From the human T2T-CHM13v2.0 reference genome, Homo sapiens, in NCBI RefSeq assembly GCF_009914755.1, contig NC_060932.1: DNA of 64,000 nucleotides, one strand, 5' to 3'. Positions within the stretch are counted from its first letter, which is position 1, and the number at the start of each line of letters is the position of its first letter. The translations under genes and the position numbers were made by a program. The notes under the pieces are model-generated. The model saw only the letters and a list, made by a program, of their open reading frames with translations. It searched no databases and had not been told where the DNA came from. Positions 1 through 14,383 of the stretch are shown here, piece after piece.

Positions 1-243
1 AATGCATAGAGACAAATTGTCATTGGTTGCTATTAACATCAAACATCAATGTAACGGTGCTGTTCAGTTTCCCTAAAGTCCCTCTTGGCCTAGCTGCCTA
101 TTTACCCTCACCCATTAGATATATTGTATGCATTAATAAATGCATATACTGAAGTAGTTATGTGTGCCTGTTGCATGCTTTACACACAGTAATTTTCATT
201 CCTTTATCAAATTGAGCATGCAAATAAGCCAATTATATGCCAC

Positions 244-597
244 TGTATTGGTCTGCTTTCACACTGCTATAAAGAACTGCCCAAGACTGGGTAATTTATA
301 AAGAAAAGAAATTTAATTGACACACAATTCCACAATGGCTGGGGAGGCCTCAGGAAACTTACAATCATGGTGGAAGGGGAAGCAGGCACATCTTGCATGG
401 CGGCAGGCAAGAGAAGAAGTGTGAAAGAGGAACTTCCAAACACTTATAAAACCCATCAGATCTTATGAGAACTCACTCACTATCATGAGAACAGCATGAG
501 GGAAACTGCCCCCATGAACCAACCACCTCCCTCTCTTGATATGTGGGGATTACAATTTGAGATGAGATTTGGGTGAGGACAGAGCCAAACCATATCA
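244..597 (-). mobile_element. ERVL-MaLR solo LTR (THE1D/MSTA-like)
   Basis: Reverse complement starts TGATATGGTTTGGCT, the THE1/MST LTR start. Has TG..CA termini, a length of ~354 bp and a perfect 5-bp TSD GCCAC at 239-243 and 598-602. Confidence 0.9.
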
Positions 598-2289
598 GCC
601 ACCTTCTCAGATTCTCAAATCTACCCTGAAGAACATAGATTCTACAGTCAACCAGAAGGCTGAAGAGGGTCTAGTGTGAATCAGGTTCCCTCTTACCCAC
701 CCACCTCCCAATCTCATTAATCTGTAATCTAGAACTCTAATGAGGTAGGTCCTGGACATCTCCTCTGCAACCACAGAAAGAACTAGGAGAGTAAATATTA
801 AGCATTAATTTCTAGTGTAAATAGTCTAGGGAGGAAAAAAATCAGGGCAAAAATAGAGCCTCATGCCACTTTCCCTACTGCTCTGAGCCAGTCCCTAACT
901 CAAGCTTTTTTCCAGATCCGAAAACCCTTCCATTCAAGGTTATTTCACCACTCCCTCCACATGTGTGTTCACTAACTTTTACTATTTAGGATAAATCCAG
1001 GTACATGATGAGCCTTTGTCTGTTTTCCTTTCTAAAGGGGCCCAAGTTGATGGGAGAATCTGCTTCCTACCTAGTGTGACCACATTTGCCGTTAGACATT
1101 CTGCTTCCAAACTGTAAGAATCTGTGCTAGTGAAAAAGATTCTCCATGAAATTCCCCTGATCCATTCCATGGTGCCCCATTCTTTAATTCCAGCCCTGGC
1201 CCCTCAAAATTAGGGGATGTCAATAATATTTTTTTTCTAGGATATTTGTCCATTTACTCTGTGAAATTACTCTACTTTATTAAAAGGGAAGTTTGTAGAT
1301 CCCTTAATAATTTTTTAAATTTGATCCCATCTGCAATTAATCTAGCAAATTTATTAAAGCTTATAGCATATGGAAGACCTTCTTTCAAATTTCATGTACA
1401 ACTTCTCTATTTCTGTATTCTTTTATTCTTTTTAGTTGAGGGTAGGAGGATTCTATCATACCAGTGTTCATGCTTCCATTTTCCCAGTCTTTCATTGAGA
1501 CTTCTACGTCTATTTATTTAGAATGCCATACTCAACTTCCCCCATTCTGGAATTTTGATTAAAATACTAATTTTCATCCATGGGAGTTTTCTGATGCTCA
1601 GCGAGGTCTTTTGTGCCCAGAAAAGACTATTTAGAATTATATGTGATTTAAATATTCTATGTAATGAATTTCCCAACTAAAAATACAAATTTTCCTTAAG
1701 CCTTTAAGTCCACCTTACAAAGTTATTTTATCTGTAAATGTGGCAAATTTTATAGAAAACAAGAACAATAATTTTCAGGAGGATCTTTACTTAATATTTG
1801 GCTAACTAGAGTAGAATAAATTCCACATAAATGTTCAATTTATGGACTTAATTAATTTTTCTAAGTATTTTAAAGTCCACTTTTTAGATTAGTATATTTT
1901 ATTTCCTTTTGAGGAAGTTTAAATGCTTGGGTAGGCAAGCACACAGTACTACTAAGAAAATTCTTCCTAGAACTTATACAACTCATTTGTCTAATAAATT
2001 GTGTGTGTTTTTATGTGTGTGGGTAGGAAGAAAGAATGAATTAATCTGAAGTTCTTAATACAAATACTCCAATAGTGTTTTAAAATTTAGGCAAATTATC
2101 TTAACTTTCAACTTAAAGTCACAAACTTAATATCAATTACTTTTTTAAACTTGGAATCACAGGATTCAGCTTACAAATTCTCTAAAATTTCAAATTCCCT
2201 TTAACATTATAAACTAGTTATATAACATATATACATATTGTTCTTAGTTCAGCACAAAATGATTTAAGCTATGGGCTTAATTTCCTCAT

Positions 2290-2610
2290 CATTTGAATAA
2301 TATAATTAACAAGATGAACTCAAGAGCTACATATCAAACTTCAGATCTCCAAAACTGAGACTATACATTCTTTTCAAACAACAATGGAACTCTGACAAAA
2401 ACTGACTATATACCAAGCAACCAAAAAAAATCTTGAATAAGTTTTACAGAGCATGTAAACAGACCATGTAACATTGCCAAAATATTATAAAATTCAAAAA
2501 GAATACTAAAGAACAAATAAAAGAAATCCATTGATTTAGACATTTAAAAATATTTCAGTAAAAATTAAAACATAATTAAATAATATTTTTAATAACAATA
2601 CTGGATACCA
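2290..2610 (+). mobile_element. Ancient L1 (L1M-type) ORF2 fragment, highly degraded
   Basis: A-rich sequence resembling the L1 endonuclease region (tatacattcttttcaaac...ggaactctgacaaaaactgactatat). Boundaries approximate. Confidence 0.45.
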
Positions 2611-5606
2611 ACACATAATCATTGGCAATATTCCTTACTGAACCTCCTTGCAGCTACCATCTACCTTTTGATTAGTCTTTCTTATTCTGAAGCACATTAG
2701 TACTGAGCTCACCATTTTCATCTCCAGTATTTATTCTCATCATTCTTGGTAAAGTTAAATTTATATACACAATTTATCCATAATCTTGAAAGTTCAAGTT
2801 CTAGACTTCCTCAATTGCAAAGTGGCTTCTTCCACAGCTAAAGAAAGAATATTTCTTTAAATATGTATTGGAAATTTGTTACAGGAGTATCCTCACAGTA
2901 TTATATTATTCATTCCATAATAACTACTCTACTAAGATATAGTTTATATATGTCCTATAAGGTTGCCCAACTCCGTCATTTACCTAATTATTCTATTTTA
3001 ACACTAACTACTGAAAGTACAAGTATTCCTGCAAGTATAGCAAAATATAATAAAATTAAGTACCAAGATGTAACTGAAAACACTCTTGGCAACCATTTTA
3101 AAACAAATACATTTTTAAAATCCATATGCAGGGATCTGATTTCTAGTGTCACAATGAAACTATTCCAAAACTCAAACTCCCTCAAACTGGTATGATGCCT
3201 ACTATGCTGGACACATAGTTCATATTATTATAGAGTTACTGGATGATTGATGTAATTTATTTCAATAGCATTTGCACGATATTTATTTATTAGACTCCTC
3301 AAATAATGTCTAAGAAGAATAGTGATGAAATATAAATAAAGACATTTAAAATCACATCCATCTACAAAGCAATAATATCTAGTTGGAGAGAGAAAATTAA
3401 CAAAGATGAAAGAAAAAGAGAATAATTGATTTATGGTATGATCTTGGCTCTGAATATATGTCAGTATTAGATAAAAATTGTATTAAACTGTATAGATTAT
3501 CCACTGACCTATCGTGAATTACCCAACAGGGGTTTATATTCCTTATATAAAAAGGAACGTATGGCTATACATAAGCAGAACAGGGCTGGGACAGTAGCTC
3601 CATGATGTTATCAACATCTCCGATTCCTTCCCTCTTTCCATTTTGTCATGGTTAGCACTTAGCTTTCATTCCTTTGTTTATTTTGCAAACATAAAATGAC
3701 AGCTCCATCTGCAACTTCAGGTTTAGATGCTAGAAAGAATATAAAGGAAGTACCAAGGAGGAAAAGTGGTGCCAGGTCTATATTGGGAGAACAATTCCTA
3801 GAAACTCATTTATGTTTCAGTTGCCAGAATATTAACACCCTTGCTCAAAAAAAGAAAAAAAGAAAAGCTGGCCAGAATAAAATTGGGATTCCACAAGAAG
3901 AAAGAAAGGGAGAGAGGACGTTAGGTGGATGATCATTTCTGTCTGCAATCTTGAGAGTTGGAAGAAGGGAGAAAATTCTTGGCAAGTGTTACTGGAAAAG
4001 GTTTCATGGAGGAAGTGGAACAAGAGGTAGATCTTAAGAGATGGCAGCATTTAGATACCCAGAAGAAGATGGAGTTTTTCCAGCAGTGTGAACAGCATAA
4101 AGAAAAGTCAAAGGTAAGTTTGAATGATTAATCTGACATATTTAGAGAACAGATTAAATTGGAGACAGTTACAAGGAGCAATGAATTGGTGGAGAGTTCA
4201 AATCATGGTGCTCTTTGACAGAAAGACTTTTTGTACTTGACATGGAGTACATGAGGAATCTGTTGGAAGTGTGAAGCAAGGGGAAGAATGTATTTAACTC
4301 ATAGTTTAACAAAGCTTGCTGTGGTTGCTGAATGTGGTATAGATTAAAATGGAAAGAAACTGGAGCTATGAAGTCACTGAATAATACTCAAGTGCTTTTG
4401 CTGCAACAATTATGGTTGTTGCCCAACTCAAAGTCTTAGAGTTATTATAACACAGTGTTTCCTGACTGATGATTCATAAACTGTCAGTTGTCCATGACGT
4501 GCTCTCTGATCCTCTCAGAAAATGTATTATTCGTTCTTGAGACTTCACTAACAGTCATTATCAGAACAATATTGTCAGTATATTTTTCAACACATGAGAT
4601 ATAGTCTACATTGGATTGCTGCAATTGAGCTTTTGAGGAGCAAATATAAGTGGCGATTTTTAAAAAGTAGGCCATTTTTATTTTGGTCAACATGTTTAAA
4701 GTTAAGGGTTGACAGCATCCATGTGTGGAGAAGTGTGTGAAGACTAATTTTTATGCCAGTGTCCTTTTCAAACACTGTGCATCGAGTCTGGTTTAATGGC
4801 CTGACTCACTCTCCACTCCTTACCCCATCCCTCCACTCCCCATCCCTGGGGCAACTCAAATTTCTGCTGCAGGAGTTGAGCCCCACCCCCAGCTTGGGGA
4901 CCAATCTTGCTTTCTTCTATAAGAGGAGGAATTCTGAAACCATAAGCAAGTAGCTCGGTGACTCAGCAACACAGCATGAAGTCAGCCTTGCCTCTGCACA
5001 GAGTTAATCTTTGCATCTCTTTCCAGTAATTAGGTTTTTCCTTCTTGAACACCCTATTGTGAGGGTGACTCAATGTCCTCTTTTTCCAGATCCAGATTCT
5101 CATCTGAATGCTGTTGGTCATCCTGAAGCCAGTGTTCTACCCCTGAGTCCTATCCATCCACCCTCTGGCAATTCTTCCTCATGCTTCCTACCTTCTTGAC
5201 ATTTCTAGCTATTTCTAGTTATCAAATTCCCAGGAGCTCAGATGCCAGTATTTATTTCCTATTTTGTATTGCTTAGAGTTGTCTGGCCTCCTGAGTCAAG
5301 ACATTCAGACTTGCCCTTCACTTTTATAAATGTTTACATCTCAGAGTCAGTCTATCAGCCTTTAATTTGTGGAAGGATTTTCCACCCAACTAATAATACA
5401 TTTTTATTTCTTATATTTTCCCTTCCCCATTTCAAGCAGATAGCCAGGGCCTTACTATTTCCTTGGCTCAGATAATTTTGCTGAGAAGAAGGCAGAAAAG
5501 AAACTGCTTGATGAAGATGAATTTTTTTTGTGGCTTTAGAAAAACTTACTGAAGAGTTAATATTAAATATTTTAAATGGGTAGAAGAAAGAAATGTAGAC
5601 CAGGCA

Positions 5607-7975
5607 GTTTCTTCATAGTGTCAATAGTCTTTACAATTTGGTATGTTTTTGCAGTGGCTGGTACTGGTTTTCAATCCCATATTTAGTGCTTCCTTCAGGA
5701 GCTCTTGTAAGGCAGGCCTGGTGGTGGTAAAAGTCTCTCAGCATTTGCTTGTCTGTAAAGGATTTTATTTCTCCTTCATTTATGAAGCTTAGTTTGGCTA
5801 GATATGAAATTCTGGGTTGAATATTCTTTTCTTTAAGAATGTTGAATATTGGCCCCCACTCTCTTCTGGCTTGTAGGATTTCCACAGAGAGACCTGCTGT
5901 TAGTCTGATGGGCTTCCCTTTGTGGGTAACCTGACCTTTCTCTCTGGTTGCCCTTAACATTTTTTCCGTCATTTCAACCTTGGTGAATCTGATGAATATG
6001 TGTCTTGAGGTTGCTTTTCTTGAGGAATATCTTTGTGGTGTTCTCTGTATTTCCTGAATTTGAATGTTGGCCTGTTTTGCTAGGTTGGAGTTCTCCTGTA
6101 TAACATCCTAAAGAGTGTTTTCCAACTTGGTTCGTTTGTCCCCATCACTTTCAGGTACACCACTCAAACTAGGTTTGGTCTTTTCACATAGTCCTATATT
6201 TCTTGGAGGCTTTGTTCTTTCCTTTTCATGATTTTTTCTCTAATCGTGTCTTCATGCTTTATTTCATTAAGTTGATCTTCAACCTCTGATATCCTTTCTT
6301 CCACTTGATCAGTTCAGCTATTGATACTTGTATATGCATCACAAAGTTCTCATGCTGTGTTTTTCAGCTCCATCACGTCATTTATGTTCTTCTCTAAACT
6401 GGATATTCTAGTTAGCAATTCCTCTATCCTTTTTTCCAGGTTCTTAGTTTCCTTGCATTGGGTAAGAATATGCTCCTTTAGCTCAGAAGGGTTTGTTATT
6501 ACCCACCTTCTGACGCCTACTTATGTCAATTCGTCAAACTCATTCTCCATCCAGTTTTGTTCCCTTGCTGGCGAGGAGTTGTGATCCTTTGGAGGAGAAG
6601 AGGCATTCTGGTTTTTGGAATTTTCAACCTTTTTGTGCTGGTTTTCCACACCTTCATGGATTTATCTACCTTTGGTCTTTGATGTTGGTGACCTTCGAAT
6701 GCGGTTTCTGTGTGGACATCCTTTTTGTTGATGTTGATGCTATTCCTTTCTGTTTGTTAGTTTTCCTTCTAACAGTCAGGCCCCTCTGCTGCAGGTCTGG
6801 TGGAATTTGCTGGAGGTCCACTCCAGACGCTGTTTGCCTCACCCGCAGTGGCTGCAGAACAGCAAAGATTGCTGCCTGTTCCTTCCTCTGGAAGCTTCAT
6901 TCCAGAGGGGCACCTGCCATATCCCAGCCAGAGCTCTCCTGTATGAAGTGTCTGTCGACCCCAGCTGGGAGTGTCTCCTAGTCAGGAGGCACAGGGGTCA
7001 GAGACCAATTGAGGAGGCAGTCTGTCCCTTAGCAGAGCTCGAGAACTGTGCTGGGAGATCCACTGCTGTCCTCAGAGCCAGCAGGCAGGAATATTTAAGT
7101 CTGCTGAAGCTGCAACCACAGCTGCCCCTTCCCCCAGGTGCTCTGTCCCAGGGAGATGGGAGTTTTATCTATAAACTCCTGACTGGGGCAGCTGCCTTTC
7201 TTTCAGAGATGCCCTGCCCCGAGAGGAGGAATCTAGAGAGGCAGTCTGGCTACTGTGGCTTTGCAGAGCTGCAGTGGGCTTGACTCAGTTCGAACTTCCA
7301 GGCAGCTTTGTTTACACTATGAGGGGAAAACCGCCTACTAAACCCTCAATGATGGTGGACTCCCCTCCCCCCACCAAGCTCGAGTGTCCCAGGTCAACTT
7401 CAGACTGCTGTGCTGGCAGTGAGAATTTCAACCCAATCAATCTTAGCTTGCTGGGCTCTGTGGCAGTGGGATCCGCTGGGCTACACCACTTGGCTCCCTG
7501 GCTTCAGCCCCCCTTGTAGGGGAGTGAATGGTTCTATCTTGCTGGTGTTCCAGGAGCCACTGGGGTATGAAGAAAAACTCCTGCAGCTAGCTCGGTGTCT
7601 GCCCAAATGGCCGCCCAGTTTTGTGCTTGAAACCCAGGGCCCTGGTGGTACAGGCACCCAAGGGAATCTCCTGGTCTGCGGGTTGAGAAGACCTTGGGAA
7701 AAGTGTAGGAACTGGGGTGGAATGCACAGTTCCTCATGGCACAGTCCTTCACAGCTTCCCTTGGCTAGGGGAGGGAGTTCCCTGAACCCTTGCACTTCCC
7801 AGGAGAAACAACGCCCCACCCTGCTTCAGCTCTCCCTCCATGAGCTGCACCCACTGTTTAACCAGTCCCAATGAGATAAGCCTGGTACCTCAGTGGAAAT
7901 GCAAAATCACCCACCTTCTGCGTTGATCTCACTGGGAGCTAAAGACCAGAGTTTTCCTATTAGGCCACCTTGCCA
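5607..7975 (-). mobile_element. Inverted 5' portion (5'UTR + ORF1) of a full-length L1PA7-like element
   Basis: The minus strand reads from the L1 5' end (tggcaaggtggcctaataggaaaactc...gagatcaacgcagaagg) through a ~1.3-kb 5'UTR and ORF1 (C-terminal ORF 5631-5972, EKMLRATREKGQVTHKGKPIRLT...) into the inter-ORF spacer. Confidence 0.93.
5631..6651 (-). pseudogene. L1 ORF1p remnant (disrupted)
   Basis: ORF 5631-5972 matches the ORF1p C-terminal domain. The expected start at ~6651 reads GTG and the frame is broken. Confidence 0.85.
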
Positions 7976-10900
7976 GCATCAACTAATGGGCAAAATAACC
8001 AGCTAGCATCATAATGACAGGATCAAATTCACACATACCAATATTAACCTTAAATGTAAATGGGCTAAATTCCCCAATTAAAAGACACAGACTGGCAAAT
8101 TGGATAAAAAGTCAGGACCCATCCAGGTGCTACATACAAGAGACCCATCTCATGTGCAAAGACACGCATAGGCTCAAAGTAAAGGGATAAAAGAATATTT
8201 ATGAAGTAAATGGAAAGCAAAAAAAGCAGGGATTAAAATCCTAGTCTCTGATAAAACAGACTTTAAACCAACAAAGATCAAAAAAGACTAAGAAGGGCAT
8301 CACATAATGGTAAACAGATCAATGCAACAAGAAGACCTAACTATCCTAAATATATATGCACCCAATACAGGAGCACCCAGATTCATAAAGAAGTTCTTAG
8401 AGACCTACAGAGAGACTTAGACTCCCACACAATAATAGTGGGAGACTTTAACACCCCACTGTAAGTATTAGACAGACCAATGAGACAGAAAATTAACAAG
8501 GATATTCAGGACTTGAACTCACCTCTGGACCAAGCAGACCTAATGGACATCTACAGAACTCTCCACCCCAAATCAACAGAATACATATTCTTCTCAGCAC
8601 TACATGACACTTATTCTAAAACTGAACACATAATTGGATGTAAAACACCCTCAGCAAATGCAAAAGAACAGAAATTATAAAAAACAGTCTCTTAGACCAC
8701 AGTGCAATTAAACTGGAACTCAGGATTAAGAAACTCACTCAAAACCACACAACTACATGGAAACCTAACAACCTGCTCCTGAATGACTACTGGGTAAACA
8801 ATGAAATTAAGGTAGAAATAAATAAGTTCTTTGAAACCAATGAGAACAAAGACACAATGTACCAAAATCTCTGGGACACAGCTAAAACAGTGTTTAGATG
8901 GAAATTTATAGCATTAAATGCCCACAGGAGAAAGCAGGAAAGATCTAAAATCGACACCCTAACATGACAATTAAAAGAACTAGAGAATCAAGAGCAAACA
9001 AATTGAAAACCTAGCAGAAGACAAGAAATTACTAAGATCAGAGCAGAACTGAAGGAGATAGAGGCACGAAAAACCCTTCAAAAAATCAATGAATCCAGGA
9101 GCTGGTTTTTTGAAAAGATTAACAAAATAGATAGACCGATATCCAGACTAATAAAGAAGAAAAGAGAGAAGAATCAAATAGACACAATAAAAAAAGATAA
9201 AGAGGATATCACCACTGATCCCACAGAAATACAAAATACCATCAGAGAATACTATAAACACCTCTATGCAAATAAACAAGAAAACCTGGAAGAAATGGAT
9301 AAATTCCTCGATGCACACACCCTCCCAAGACTAAACCAAGAAGAAGTCAAATCTCAGAATGAAGCAATAACAAGTTCTGAAATTGAGGCAGTAATTAATA
9401 GCTTACCAACCCAAAAAAGCCCAGGACCAGACAGATTCACAGCTGAATTCTACCAGAGGTACAAAGAGGAGCTGGTACCATTCCTTCTGAAACTATTCCA
9501 AACAATAGAAAAAGAGGGACTCCTCCCTAACTCACTTTATGAGGCCAGCATCACCCTGATACCAAAACCTGGCAGAGACAAACAAAAAAAGAAAAATCAG
9601 GCCAATAACCCTGATGAACATTGATGCAAAAATCCTTTAAAAAATACTGGCAAACTGAATCCAGCAGCATATCAAAAAGCTTCTCCTCCATAATCAAGTT
9701 GGCTTCATCCCTGGGATGCAAGGCTGGTTCAACATATGCAAATGAATAAACATAATCCATCACATAAACAGAACCAACGACAAAAACCACATGATTATCT
9801 CAATAGATGCAGAAAAGGCCTTCAATAAAATTCAACACCCCTTCATGCTAAAAACTCTCAATAAACTAGGTATTGATAGAACGTATCTCAAAATAATAAG
9901 AGCTATTTATGATGAACTCACAGCCAATACCATACTGAATGGGCAAAAGCTGGAAGCATTGCATTTGAAAACTAGCAGAAGACAAGGATGCCCTCTCTCA
10001 CCACTCCTATTCATCATAATATTGGAAGATGTGGTCAGGGCAACCAGGCAGAAGAAAGAAATAAAGGGTATTCAAATAGGAAGAGAAGTCAAATTGTTGC
10101 TGTTTGCAGATGACATAATTGGATATTTAGAAAACCCCATCGTCTCAGCCCAAAATCTCCTTAAGCTGATAAGCAACTTCAGCAAAGTCTCAGGGTACAA
10201 AATAAATGTGCAAAAATCACAAGCATGCCTATATACCAATAATAGACAGAGAGCCAAATCATGAGTGAACTCCCATTCACACTTGCTACAAAGAGAATAA
10301 AATACCTAGGAATACAACTTACAAGGGATGTGAAGTACCTCTTCAAGGTGAACTACAAACCACCACTCAAGGAAATAAGAAAGGACACAAACAAATGGAA
10401 AAACTTACATGCTCATGGATAGGAAGAATCAATATCATGAAAATGGCCATACTGCCCAAAGTAATTTATAGATTCAATGCTATCCCCGTCAAGCTACCAT
10501 TGACTTTCTTCACAGAATTAGAAAAAACTACTTTAAATTTCATATGGAATCAAAAAGAGCCCGTATAGCCAAGACAATCCTAAGCAAAAAGAACAAAGCT
10601 GAAGGCATCATGCCACCTAACTTCAAACTATACTACAAGGCTACAGTAACCAAAACAGCATGGTACTGGTACCAAAACAGATATATAGACCAATGGAAAA
10701 GAACAGAGGCCTCAGAAGTAAGGTCACACATCTCCAACTATCTGATCTTTGACAAACATGACAAAAACAAGCAATGGGGAAAGGATTCCCTATTTAATAA
10801 GTGGTGTTGGGAAAACTGGATAGCTATATGCAGAAAACTGAAAGTGGACCCCTTCCCTACATCTTATACAAAAATTAACTCAAGATGGATTAAAGACTTA

Positions 10901-12042
10901 AACATAAGACCTAAAACCATAAATACCCTAGAAGAAATCATAGGCAATATCATTCAGGACATAGGCATGGGCAAAGACTTCATAAGTAAAACACCAAAAG
11001 CAATGGCAACAAAAGCCAAAATTGACAAATAGGATCTAATTAAACTAAAGAGCTTCTGCACAGCAAAAGAAACTATCATTGAGTGAACAGGCCTACAGAA
11101 TGGGAGAAAATGTTTGCATCTATCCATCTCACATAGGTCTAATATCCAGAGTCTACAAAGAACTTAAACAAATTTACAAGAAAAAACAAACAACCCCATC
11201 AGAAAGTGGTCAATAGACATGAACAGCCCCTTCTCAAAAGAAGACATTGAGGCAGTCAACAAACATATGAAAAAAATCTCATTATCATTGGTCATTAGAG
11301 AAATGCAAATCGAAACCACTATGAGCTAACATCTGACAGCAGTTAGAATGGTGATCATTAAAAAGTCAGGAAACAACAGATGCTGGAGAGAATGTGGTGA
11401 AATAGGAAGGCTTTTACATTGTTGGTGGGAGTGTGAATTAGTTCAACCATTGTGGAAGAAAGTGTGGCAATTCCTCAAGGATCTAGAACCAGAAATACCA
11501 TTTGACCCAGCATTCCCATTACTGGGTATATACCCAAAGGATTATAAATTATTCTACTATAAAGACACATGCACACATATGTTTATTGTGGCACTGTTCA
11601 TGATAGCAAAGACTTGGAACCAACCCAAATGCCCATCAATGAGAGACTGGATAAAGAAAATGTGGCACATATACACCATGGAATACTATGCAGCCATAAA
11701 AAAGGATGAGTTCACATTCTTTGCAGGGACATGGATGATGCTGGAAACCATCACTCTCAGCACACTAACAAAGGAACAGAAAACCAAACACTGCATGTTC
11801 TCACTCATAAGTGGGAATTGAACAATGAGAACACATGGACACAGGGAGGGGAACATCACACACTGGGGCTTGTCAGTGTGTGGGGGGCTAGGGAGGGATA
11901 GCATTAGCAGAAATACCCAACGTACATGACAGTTTGATGAGTGCAGCAAACTACCATGGCACGTGTATACCTGTGTAACAAACCTGCATGTTCTGCACAT
12001 GTATCCCAGAACTAAAAGTATAATTAAAAAAAAAAAAAAGAA
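7976..12042 (+). mobile_element. Non-inverted 3' portion (spacer, ORF2, 3'UTR, poly(A)) of the same L1PA7-like element
   Basis: Begins gcatcaactaatgggcaaaataaccagctagcatcataATGACAGGATCA. ORF2p fragments appear in the ORF track, and the 3'UTR ends gtatcccagaactaaaagtataatt + poly(A). TSD at 5584-5606 / 12043-12065. Confidence 0.95.
8014..11821 (+). pseudogene. L1 ORF2p remnant (endonuclease/RT; many stops and frameshifts)
   Basis: MTGSNSH start at 8014. RT motifs [11 protein letters not shown] and LFADD lie in ORF 9791-10264, and the C-terminal HCWWEC...SLISGN* ends at 11821. Confidence 0.92.
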
Positions 12043-12056
12043 AAGAAAAAAATGTA

Positions 12057-12352
12057 GGCCAGGCACAGTGGCTCCCACCTGTAATCACAGCACTTTGGGA
12101 GGCCAAGGTGTGTGGATCACTTGAGCCCAGAAATTCAAGGCCATTCTGGGCAACATAGAGAAACCCTCTTTCTACAAAAAATACAAAAATTAGCTAGGCG
12201 TGGTGGCGCATGCCTGTATCCCAGCTACTTGGAAGTTTGAGGTGCAAAGATTGCTTGAGCTGGGGAATTCAAGGCTGCAGTGAGCCATAATTGTGTCACT
12301 GCACTCCAGCCTGGGCAACAGAGTAAGACTCTGTCTCAAGAAAACAAAAAAG
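12057..12352 (+). mobile_element. Alu (AluJ-like), full length
   Basis: GGCCAGGCACAGTGGCTC start, dimeric structure, J-type diagnostics (cttgagcccag, ggctgcagtgagccat) and an A-rich tail. Confidence 0.9.
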
Positions 12353-12563
12353 AAGGAGGAAGGGAGGGAGGGAGGGAAGAAAGGAAGGAAGGAAGGAAGG
12401 AAGGAAGGAAGGAAGGAAGGAAGGAAGGAAGGGAAGAAAAAAGATAATTGGATGAAAAAGAAAAGGGAAAGTAACAGAAAGGAAAGGAAAAGAAAAGAAA
12501 AGGAAGGAGAAGAGAAGAGAAAAGAAAAGAAAAAAGGAAAGAAAAGAAAAGAAAAGAAAAGAA
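12353..12563 (+). repeat. Purine-rich low-complexity tract including (GGAA)12 at 12383-12430 and (GAAAA)n
   Basis: Direct reading; the tract extends the Alu tail. Confidence 0.95.
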
Positions 12564-12871
12564 GTCCATGGAAAGTAAACTCATCTCAGGTCAGTCTCCC
12601 TGGGAGTTCATAAGACCAGAGTGGGTAGCTGTATGGGATACTAAGAAGCCTAGGCCCAGAAACCCCCCGTGCCCAAACTTCCCACACTTCCAGAGTGGTA
12701 CAGACTGGACACAGCTTCAGAAATGGAAAGGGCCAGTCCAGCTAGAACAAGATTGTCATGGCAGTGAGTGGATGGGAGGTGAGCATAGGAATCAGACTGA
12801 TCATCCTTCTAGCCTACTGCAGTTGGGGTTCAAAGATGGCCTCAACTGAATTTTTAAAAAATAATTTTATA

Positions 12872-13260
<389 letters not shown>

Positions 13261-13274
13261 TTATAAATAAGTAC

Positions 13275-13477
<203 letters not shown>

Positions 13478-13571
13478 TCATTAAAGATGTAAAAAAAATT
13501 ACCTCTGATTGGAAGGATCAATAACATCCTCATAGAGAACTGAAAAAAAACTGATAAAACATAGGAAAGAA

Positions 13572-14072
<501 letters not shown>

Positions 14073-14116
14073 CAGAAAAAGAGAGAGAGAAGAGAGAGAG
14101 AGAAAGAGAGAGAGAG

Positions 14117-14162
<46 letters not shown>

Positions 14163-14227
14163 CAAAGGAAGAAAGAAAGCAAGCAAAGGAAGGAAGGAAA
14201 GAAGAAAGAGGAAGGAAGGAAGTAAAC

Positions 14228-14286
<59 letters not shown>

Positions 14287-14310
14287 AAAAGAAAGAAAGA
14301 AAGAAAGAAA

Positions 14311-14374
<64 letters not shown>

Positions 14375-14383
14375 AAAAGAAAG
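14073..14383 (+). repeat. Compound STR: (GA)n followed by (GAAA)11, (GAAA)15 and (GAAA)16 blocks
   Basis: GAAA runs counted at 14118-14161, 14229-14288 and 14313-14376. Confidence 0.95.

Noticed and set aside
600-1520. Retroviral internal sequence or short ORFs beside the MaLR LTR
   Set aside because: The LTR has TSDs on both sides (solo LTR), and the ORFs show no recognisable motifs.
6321-7874. Overlapping 80-158 aa ORFs as novel genes
   Set aside because: They are the antisense reading of the L1 5'UTR and ORF1, common to many L1 copies.
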